From an uncultured Acidobacteriota bacterium (GTDB lineage: Bacteria; Acidobacteriota; Blastocatellia; Pyrinomonadales; Pyrinomonadaceae): 64,000 nucleotides of DNA. The number at the start of each line of letters is the position of its first letter. Within the stretch, counting starts at the first letter, position 1. The position numbers and the translations under genes were made by a program. Shown here piece after piece: positions 52,856 to 60,087 of this stretch. The stretch covers positions 2,546,237 to 2,610,236 of the forward strand of contig OY970352.1 of assembly GCA_963718105.1 (NCBI GenBank), given 5' to 3'. The notes beneath the pieces were generated by a model. That model saw nothing but the letters and a program-made list of their open reading frames with translations, made no database searches and had not been told where the DNA came from.

Positions 52856-54964
52856 ATGAAAAAGAGCACTTCCCGCAAACTTCTTCTTATTTCGTTGGCA
52901 ATAGTTTTTCTTTCATTGCTATCGGGACTACTGATCAACCTGATGACAAACAGCCCGGATTTTACGCGATGGTTAACGGATAAAGGAATTGGAACAAGGC
53001 ATATGGTGGGCGGCGTGATTATCACGGGCGCCGGCCTGTTGTTTCTTGCATATCTTCAATTTCGATATGACGAGGCCCCGGTGTCTTCCGGAGAGAAAGG
53101 CGTTTCCGGCCCCGACGCCGATCCCGATGTCGAGATGTTCTTCGATTCGCTGAGTAAGCGCTACCGAAATCGTTATGAGCAAAAACTGGATGGACGTTTC
53201 GCGATCACCCTGGAAATTCGCGAAAATTGGGATGATGAAGACGCAGAACCGGTTACGGATAAGTTTGAAAAAGATCCGAATTCCGGCCCGGCGGCGCTCA
53301 AGATCAATGAGCTGTTTCTAAAGAAGAAGCGATTGCTGATCGTCGGAAATCCCGGGGCCGGAAAAACCGTCCTGCTCTTAAAGCTTGCATTGAATCTTCT
53401 TGAAAACACCGAAAGGAGAGGAAATTATCAGATCCCGGTAATATTCAATCTTGTTTCATGGTCGCCTAAATATAGGAAGTTTGAAGACTGGCTGGTTGCA
53501 ATGCTTGTTTACGGCGAGGGACTATCGCGCGACCTTGCGGAAAAAATGTTGCACAAGAATAGGATCGTATTTTTGTTTGACGGTTTGGATGAATTAGCAC
53601 GAAATGAAAAAAAGAAAATTGCGGCCAAGAAGCGGGCTGATTGCCTGGAGGCGTTGACCTTGTACTTCCGGAAAGGGCGCCAAAACGTAATTTGCTGTCG
53701 TAAGAAAGAATTCGTTCGAATCCGTGCCGCTACCGGACAAGACGCGCCTGTTTCGGCAAAGATAGATATAAAAGATTTGACACAAGACCAGATTGAGGGC
53801 GCTTTATTAGAGGCTTCATACAGCGTACGCGAAGGGAGAAACGTAGATGAGGTTTCCGCGGTAAATATATTGACACTATTGCAGGAAGACAAAGGCAAAG
53901 CCCTTTCGGAGGTTTTGCAAACGCCTTTCTATTTCACCACCGCGCTCGAGGTTTTCGATCAGCAAAATGTTAAATTCCCGGACCTGCCGAAAAATATAAA
54001 GAGTTTGCAGAAGTACTTACTGGATAAATTCGTAAAGAATAAACTTGAACATACGCCAAATCCGAACGAGTTCGAATTCGGAAAAACGTGGACGATGCTG
54101 GTATCGCTTGCCACGCTGATGGAGAAAAAACAGCTTATTACCTTCGAGCTTGCCGATCTGCAGCCGTCGGATCTGACGAAGAGATGGACTTATACCGCCT
54201 TTTTCGGTTTAGCGGTGACGTTGTTATTCAGCCTGGTTTTTATTTTATATGTCGGCCTGGTGCATGGTTTGTCCGATGAGGTAAGCTATCCCGAATTTTT
54301 CGGAGGCTTGATATTCAGTTCCTTTTTCGGCTTCTTTCTCGGGATGAGTATAGGCTCCGAGGATGAGATCACCACTGAGGATATAGTGCGCCTCAGCTTT
54401 TCCAGATTCCTTAGTTGGGAGAGGGTAGCGATAAAATCTCTCTTATTCGGCCTGGGCGTTGGGGGCATCACCAGCCTGTTTCTTATCGCCACCACCGGCG
54501 TGGTTTTTGGCGTTATTTTCGGTTTGCTGAGCAGTATCGCCTGGGGCTTCGGAAATCTGAAAAGGATAACAAGATTTGCCTATCTCAAAAGTCCGTACCA
54601 GAGGATATACGGCGGTTTTACCGTAAACCTGGCATTTGTAATATTGGTAAGTATTCTAATAATGTGGCTTACGTATTTCTTCGAGACTGCCAACAGCAAA
54701 TGGCTTATTGCCGTTTCAATCTTAACGCTATACCTGTCATTTATACCGCTGCTTCGGCATCCGCTGATCCGGCACTTCATTCTTCGTTTCGCGCTGCGGT
54801 TCGAGGGGGTTGTTATTCCAAAATACGTAACGTTTTTGAACTATATTGATGCGACCCGGATACTGGAGCGAGACGGGGGACATTGGCGATTTCGGCACCA
54901 AAATCTGCAGGAATATTTTGCTGAATTAAGTAAGGGGCCGACTATGCGGAAGCCCGCATTATAA
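52856..54964 (+). CDS. Membrane-embedded NACHT-family STAND NTPase
   Basis: Two N-terminal TM segments. Walker A LLIVGNPGAGKTVLL and Walker B IVFLFDGLDEL. About six TM segments in residues ~470-650. Terminal FRHQNLQEYFAEL is typical of the NACHT winged-helix end. AT-rich. Confidence 0.8.
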   Translation: MKKSTSRKLLLISLAIVFLSLLSGLLINLMTNSPDFTRWLTDKGIGTRHMVGGVIITGAGLLFLAYLQFRYDEAPVSSGEKGVSGPDADPDVEMFFDSLSKRYRNRYEQKLDGRFAITLEIRENWDDEDAEPVTDKFEKDPNSGPAALKINELFLKKKRLLIVGNPGAGKTVLLLKLALNLLENTERRGNYQIPVIFNLVSWSPKYRKFEDWLVAMLVYGEGLSRDLAEKMLHKNRIVFLFDGLDELARNEKKKIAAKKRADCLEALTLYFRKGRQNVICCRKKEFVRIRAATGQDAPVSAKIDIKDLTQDQIEGALLEASYSVREGRNVDEVSAVNILTLLQEDKGKALSEVLQTPFYFTTALEVFDQQNVKFPDLPKNIKSLQKYLLDKFVKNKLEHTPNPNEFEFGKTWTMLVSLATLMEKKQLITFELADLQPSDLTKRWTYTAFFGLAVTLLFSLVFILYVGLVHGLSDEVSYPEFFGGLIFSSFFGFFLGMSIGSEDEITTEDIVRLSFSRFLSWERVAIKSLLFGLGVGGITSLFLIATTGVVFGVIFGLLSSIAWGFGNLKRITRFAYLKSPYQRIYGGFTVNLAFVILVSILIMWLTYFFETANSKWLIAVSILTLYLSFIPLLRHPLIRHFILRFALRFEGVVIPKYVTFLNYIDATRILERDGGHWRFRHQNLQEYFAELSKGPTMRKPAL

Positions 54965-55031
54965 ACGCAAAATCAAAGCCCTGCGAGAATCCCTTTGACA
55001 CAATAACTCTATAAAGCAGGACGAAATATTT

Positions 55032-55133
55032 TTGCGAGTCGCTATCTTATCCTCCGAAGCAGTTCCCTACTCCAAGACTGACTAACGCTACCGGCGCGCT
55101 GCCTGAGGTGCTCCGGTACAATGGCATTTCGGT
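55032..55133 (+). pseudogene. glgA: Decayed duplicate of the 5' end of a glycogen synthase gene
   Basis: TTGCGAGTCGCTATCTTATCCTCCGAAGCAGTTCCCTACTCCAAGAC... aligns with the glgA start ATGCGAGTCGCTCTTCTATCCTCAGAAGCGGTACCCTACGCCAAGAC... (56232 onward). It translates to LRVAILSSEAVPYSKTD then a stop. Similarity resumes in another frame (TGALPEVLRYNGISV versus AGALPKALRREGVSA). Confidence 0.75.
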
Positions 55134-55183
55134 TGGGGCGCCATGCGCTCTTCATCCGGCAGAGCATGTTTTTTAGCTAAAGC

Positions 55184-55897
55184 TCACCTGCTTTTGTTCC
55201 AGCGGTGCCCTCCGAACATCCGCACGGCGCGATAGGCGACGTCGCGTTTCCACTTTGCTATCTGCCTTTTTTCCATCAGCTCGTAAAAAAGATTGTCGGC
55301 ATCTTTGCGAAGGAACGTGTGTTTCGGATCTTCCAGAGGTTCCAATTGGCCAGGCGGCAGATCACCGCCGCAGCGATACAGCAGATCGTGAAACAAAGGG
55401 GCTTCGATAGACAGTTCAAATGAGGAAACCATCGGCCAAAGAAAGCGCGGGACGCTGGCCAGGTCAGTGAAAGAATCTTTTTTTGCGGTCAGGGCCCACT
55501 TCCCAAACCGGTAGGAACAATCTTCCACCACCATCCATTCCCTTTTGGAAACGACATAAGTTATCTTGGCGGTCGGGACATCGTCTCCTGCCGCTCCGGT
55601 TTGAGAAACCAATCCGGCGGCGTTTACTATCTCGACGATCTCTTCATCGGAAATATCCTCAAGCTTGCTCACGTCCAGATCAAGAACATTTTTGGGAGCG
55701 TCAGATTCCGGCAGCAAAGCCTCTTCCTCACCGAGTTCTCCGGGCATTGGCGCGCCCGCATTCGTCTTAAATGCCGCGGGAAGATCTTCGCCCCGGTACA
55801 TATTGATATGAACGTCCTCACCGGAAAGCTGACCGGAAAGAATTTTTTCATCTATTTCCGCGACGCTTGACCTCAACTGCTCTGCCACCGATTTCAT
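55184..55897 (-). CDS. DUF1353-like protein with acidic N-terminal region
   Basis: 237 aa. FTDLASVPRFLWPM...APLFHDLLYR matches the DUF1353 pattern (D.AS.PR..W ... HD.LY) as I recall it. The N-terminal ~100 aa are Glu/Asp-rich. Confidence 0.6.
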   Translation of the reverse strand: MKSVAEQLRSSVAEIDEKILSGQLSGEDVHINMYRGEDLPAAFKTNAGAPMPGELGEEEALLPESDAPKNVLDLDVSKLEDISDEEIVEIVNAAGLVSQTGAAGDDVPTAKITYVVSKREWMVVEDCSYRFGKWALTAKKDSFTDLASVPRFLWPMVSSFELSIEAPLFHDLLYRCGGDLPPGQLEPLEDPKHTFLRKDADNLFYELMEKRQIAKWKRDVAYRAVRMFGGHRWNKSR

Positions 55898-55940
55898 GGA
55901 TTCTCCTTACGTAAGATGGATGGAAGAAAGAAAGTGCCTA

Positions 55941-55969
55941 AAAATATTTGAAATGACACGAAATGTCAA
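55941..55969 (-). promoter_or_regulatory. Candidate sigma70-type promoter of the DUF1353-like gene
   Basis: The minus strand reads TTGACA, then 17 nt, then TATTTT. Confidence 0.45.
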
Positions 55970-56020
55970 GAAGTTTCCCTTGCGGGTCGTGTCCAAAGGT
56001 GTGGCGCGGCATCAAATAAT

Positions 56021-56107
56021 CATTCGGAATGGATGACAGATAATAGTTGATAGCTGAGAGATTTGATCTCTTATCTGTCATCTATCAGTTATCATCTACT
56101 CCGAATG
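56021..56107. repeat. MITE-like repeat, family D copy 3 (most complete)
   Basis: Terminal inverted repeats CATTCGGAATGGATGA... and ...TCATCTACTCCGAATG around GATAGCTGAGAGATTTGATCTCTTATCTGTCATCTATCAG. Confidence 0.8.
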
Positions 56108-56231
56108 GTAATCCTACAAACGAACTCTACGCGGGGAAATTATCGCGGCGCGCGGTATAAATTAAGCCGTTCAAATAGACGGCATAGCAGAACGCAGTTA
56201 AAATAAACCTTGCTCCAATTATCTCTTTAAC

Positions 56232-57653
56232 ATGCGAGTCGCTCTTCTATCCTCAGAAGCGGTACCCTACGCCAAGACCGGCGGGCTGGCGGACGTTGCC
56301 GGCGCGCTGCCCAAGGCGCTGCGGCGCGAGGGTGTGTCGGCCACGCTGATCACGCCGCTCTATCGCCAGACAAAGCGCGAACTGCTGGCCGGGCCGGTGA
56401 TCGACGATCTTTATGTGGATTGGCGCGGCGGTAAAAAACTCGTCAAGGTCTTTTACAGCCAGGCAGGCGACGCGCCGGCTTACCTGATCGACGCGCCGGA
56501 ATTTTTCGACCGCGATTCCATCTACGGCTTTAGCGAAGACCACCTGCGCTTCGCGTTTTTCTGCCGCGCCGCCATTGACCTGATGCACCGGCTGGGCGAG
56601 CCTTTTAATATCGTCCATCTCAACGACTGGCACACCGGCTTTGCCGCGGTCGAGATCGCCACGCGCCGCTACTGGGACAGGTTTTTTTACAACACGCATA
56701 CTGTTTTTTCCATTCACAATATGGCTTACCAGGGTGTCTTTTCGCCCGGGGAGCTTTGGCAGCTTGGTTTTGGCGACACCTTCTCGACCAACTCGTTTCT
56801 TTTTAACGGCAATGCCTCTGCCCTCAAAGCGGGCCTCGCGGTCAGCGACATGCTTTCGACCGTTTCCAGCCGCTATAGTTTTGAAATTCGCGATCGTGAG
56901 CACGGTTACGGGCTCGACTGGCTTTTGCGCGAGCGCGCCAACCGCCTGCTCGGCATCACCAACGGTGTCGATTACGAAGTGTGGAACCCCGCCACCGACA
57001 GCGAGCTTCCGGCGCATTTTCACGCCGGCGACCTGACCGGCAAACGGATGTGCAAACAGGCGCTGCTGGAAAAATTCAGCCTGCCGGTTGAATTAGACAA
57101 GCCGATCTTCGGCGTGGTTACCCGCCTCACTTCACAAAAAGGTTTTGAACTTATCCAGCAGGCGGCGGGTGAGATCCTTTCCACCGGCGCGTATTTTGTC
57201 GCGCTCGGCTCGGGCGAAAAGTCGTACGAAGATTTCCTGCAAAAGATGCGCGATTACGCCCCCGATCAGGTCGGAGTTTATAAAGGCTACAGCGAACCCT
57301 TAGCGCACCTGATAGAGGCCGGCTCGGACATCTTCCTGATGCCTTCAAAATTCGAACCGTGCGGTTTGAATCAGATGTATTCTTTACGCTACGGGACGGT
57401 GCCGGTGGTCCGCGCGGTCGGCGGGCTCGATGACACGGTGGAAAACTTTAACCTCATCCGCCGTACCGGCAACGGATTTAAATTCGACCAGTACAACGCC
57501 AACAGCCTGATCGAAAAAGTCTACGAAGCTCTCTTTGCCTACGCCGATACCGAGCTATGGCGAAAAATTCAATCCAACGGCATGCGGGTCGATAACTCCT
57601 GGGAAAATGCCGCGCGCAAATATATCCAGATGTACCAGACGACCCTCAACTAA
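56232..57653 (+). CDS. glgA: Glycogen synthase (ADP-glucose type)
   Basis: 473 aa with N-terminal SEAVPYAKTGGLADVAGALPKAL and C-terminal PSKFEPCGLNQMY. Confidence 0.93.
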   Translation: MRVALLSSEAVPYAKTGGLADVAGALPKALRREGVSATLITPLYRQTKRELLAGPVIDDLYVDWRGGKKLVKVFYSQAGDAPAYLIDAPEFFDRDSIYGFSEDHLRFAFFCRAAIDLMHRLGEPFNIVHLNDWHTGFAAVEIATRRYWDRFFYNTHTVFSIHNMAYQGVFSPGELWQLGFGDTFSTNSFLFNGNASALKAGLAVSDMLSTVSSRYSFEIRDREHGYGLDWLLRERANRLLGITNGVDYEVWNPATDSELPAHFHAGDLTGKRMCKQALLEKFSLPVELDKPIFGVVTRLTSQKGFELIQQAAGEILSTGAYFVALGSGEKSYEDFLQKMRDYAPDQVGVYKGYSEPLAHLIEAGSDIFLMPSKFEPCGLNQMYSLRYGTVPVVRAVGGLDDTVENFNLIRRTGNGFKFDQYNANSLIEKVYEALFAYADTELWRKIQSNGMRVDNSWENAARKYIQMYQTTLN

Positions 57654-57658
57654 AATTG

Positions 57659-59425
57659 ATGCCGGAATTCAAGATCAACGACAACCTGGAATTGAGAACT
57701 CTGCAGGAAGAGGACGTGCTTGTCCTGGCCTCGCTGGTAAAGGAAAACCTGCCGCACCTGCAGCCGTGGATGCTCTGGGCGGTGGATGATTATGACGTCC
57801 GGCACGCCGGTGATTTCATCCGGCAAAATCTCGACAATACCTCAAAATACCAGGCGCCCAGCTACGGGATCTTTTATGAGGGAGAACTTGTCGGCTGTAT
57901 CGGCTTTGTAAAACTGGACCGCGAAAGCGGGCTGGCGGAGATCGGGTATTGGATCAGCGCCGAACACCAGGGCAAAGGTTTGATAACCCAGTGTTCCCGC
58001 GCGCTGATCGAATATTGCTTTGAAGAACTGGGTATGGCCCGCGTCGAGATACGCGCCGCTGCTTCGAATGAGCGAAGCCGCGCTATTCCGGAAAAGTTCG
58101 GTTTCAAGCTTACCGGCCAGTTCAAGGACGAACATCCGCTTCCCGATCGGGTAGATGACCTGGTGATTTACGAAATATCCGCCCGCGACTGGCGATCCCT
58201 CTCCGACAAAAAGTTCCACGTAAAATTTAAGGAAATGCTGATCCGTCTTTTCCGGCGCGAGACGACTTCCAAGGAATTCATCCCGGTCATTGACGGCCTC
58301 CGCTTTCTGGCCATCACAATGGTGCTGCTCTTTCATCTCGACGGCTACATTAAAGAAAAATCCGCGGCACTTTCTTTTGCGCCCGCGAGTGAAACACTGG
58401 CCAAAGTTCCGGATATTTTTATTTTTGGCTTTCAGGGTGTCCAGCTTTTTTTCGTGATCAGCGGATTTATCCTGGCGGTGCCTTTTATGCGGTATGCACT
58501 GGGCCTGACCGATAAAAAGCCCCGCTTGCGGGCGTATTACCTGCGCCGCCTGACGCGGCTCGAACCGCCGTATGTCATTTCGACCATAGTCATCTTTCTC
58601 CTGCTGGTATTTGTTATCGGCAGTAAATATCCCATGGGCACTTTGACGGTATCGCTTTTTTCTTCGCTGTTTTATGCACATTTTCTGGTTTTTCCCGGCG
58701 AGCCGCCCTATATAAATCAGATCACCTGGTCGCTGGAAATGGAAGTGCAATTTTACCTGCTGGCGCCATTTCTGGTGGGCGGGTTGTGCCTTTTAAAAAA
58801 TAAATCCTCCCGGCGGATAGTGAACTTGTTATTGATCTTGTCGTTTGCCGGTTTGAGCTGGCTGCAGGAACTTTACTGGCACGTCGGGATAATGAATATC
58901 TCGATGTACCTGCATTATTTTTTGGCCGGCATTTTACTCTGCGATGTCTTCCTGCTCGACAGCGACAAACTGGGCCGGTTGAGCAGTGTCTGGGTGTTTA
59001 TTTTAGGGCTGCTTTTATTAGTGCCGATTACTTGCGTCAATCACTCGTACGCGCAAAACATCGCGCTCAGGATGGCGTCGCCGATAATGATCCTGGCGTT
59101 TTACCTGATCGTTTTCGGCAACAAGTGGTGGAACAAAATATTCAGCCTCAACGGGCTGACACTTATCGGCGGGATGTGTTATTCGATATACCTGCTTCAT
59201 TACGTGACGATCTCGGCGGTCGGGCGCTTTACCGCGAACCGGTTATATTTCAGCAATTTCACCGCTTACTACTGGGTGCAGATCTTTGTTTTGCTGGCGG
59301 TCGTGATGTTTCTCTCAGCGGTCTACTTCCTGCTGATCGAAAAACCCTGTATGAAACGCGATTGGCACATTCGATTATATGAGCGGTTCAAGACTCTCAG
59401 TTCATTTGGCAAGCCATTGAATTAA
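57659..59425 (+). CDS. Fusion protein: GNAT (RimJ/RimL-like) N-acetyltransferase plus acyltransferase-3 (OafA/YrhL-type) membrane O-acyltransferase
   Basis: The N-terminal ~185 aa are GNAT-like (IGYWISAEHQGKGLITQ, RVEIRAAASNERSRAIPEKFGF). The rest has IDGLRFLAITMVLLFH and about 10 TM segments, typical of acyltransferase_3. Confidence 0.75.
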   Translation: MPEFKINDNLELRTLQEEDVLVLASLVKENLPHLQPWMLWAVDDYDVRHAGDFIRQNLDNTSKYQAPSYGIFYEGELVGCIGFVKLDRESGLAEIGYWISAEHQGKGLITQCSRALIEYCFEELGMARVEIRAAASNERSRAIPEKFGFKLTGQFKDEHPLPDRVDDLVIYEISARDWRSLSDKKFHVKFKEMLIRLFRRETTSKEFIPVIDGLRFLAITMVLLFHLDGYIKEKSAALSFAPASETLAKVPDIFIFGFQGVQLFFVISGFILAVPFMRYALGLTDKKPRLRAYYLRRLTRLEPPYVISTIVIFLLLVFVIGSKYPMGTLTVSLFSSLFYAHFLVFPGEPPYINQITWSLEMEVQFYLLAPFLVGGLCLLKNKSSRRIVNLLLILSFAGLSWLQELYWHVGIMNISMYLHYFLAGILLCDVFLLDSDKLGRLSSVWVFILGLLLLVPITCVNHSYAQNIALRMASPIMILAFYLIVFGNKWWNKIFSLNGLTLIGGMCYSIYLLHYVTISAVGRFTANRLYFSNFTAYYWVQIFVLLAVVMFLSAVYFLLIEKPCMKRDWHIRLYERFKTLSSFGKPLN

Positions 59426-59469
59426 AAGGATAAACGTTTACCTGGGAACGTCTTCAAGTTTCTTACGAA

Positions 59470-59572
59470 GTCAGAACCGGGAACGCAGTGACCGGGTAAA
59501 TGAGCGCAGCGAAAAATTAACAGCAACTAGCCCGTCGGAAAAGAACCCGGTCACTGCGTTCCCGGTTCTGAC
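59470..59572. repeat. Perfect 28-bp inverted repeat, family E copy 1
   Basis: GTCAGAACCGGGAACGCAGTGACCGGGT (59470-59497) pairs with ACCCGGTCACTGCGTTCCCGGTTCTGAC (59545-59572), 47-nt spacer. Confidence 0.9.
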
Positions 59573-59778
59573 CTCATTCTCTGCTTGCTATCTTCAAATC
59601 CCATTCAAATTCGACGGACAAATCCTGATTACCCCAAATCTCTTAACGACTAAATCTCCCGGCTGAGCTATGCTTTCAGGTGCCTGAGGTCGGGAAAGAG
59701 CGGCAGGTACCTGAATTTCCCGATCTCAATGTTCTTTTTTAATTTAGTCTGCGGATTTGGGAATTTTACGGGATTTCT

Positions 59779-59833
59779 GTAACAAAATCGTAACAGGTGT
59801 AACGCCGTCACACGCTGTAACAGTGTTACACCT
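59779..59833. promoter_or_regulatory. Cluster of GTAAC(A) motifs and palindromes upstream of purA (candidate operator array)
   Basis: GTAACA occurs at 59779, 59790 and 59817, and GTAAC at 59799. TGTAACA-G-TGTTACA is a perfect palindrome (59816-59830). AGGTGTAAC (59795-59803) pairs with GTTACACCT (59825-59833). Confidence 0.4.
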
Positions 59834-60018
59834 GCGAAACGACTGCGGATTGCGCGGATCTTAGATTCCAAACCGTTACCGGCAGAAGCCGGCGGCGATT
59901 TATGACTTTAAGGCAAAGCCGTTGATAGTGAATAATGATTAGTGATAAACGACATGATTATTAAGAACGGTTTTTCCGTTAATCATTAAAATCACTAATC
60001 GTTTATCGTTAAGAAAGG

Positions 60019-60048
60019 CCGGTCACTGTGTTCCCGGTACCGACCTCA
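60019..60048. repeat. Family E half-copy
   Basis: CCGGTCACTGTGTTCCCGGTACCGACCTCA closely resembles the right arm plus flank of 59545-59576. Confidence 0.7.
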
Positions 60049-60087
60049 CTGTGCTAAAATCTATCGGATAACTTCCAAAATTTAAAT

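Noticed and set aside
59668-59871. 67-aa minus-strand ORF in the purA upstream region
   Set aside because: It lies across the GTAACA motif array and other repeats, with no RBS and an implausible composition.
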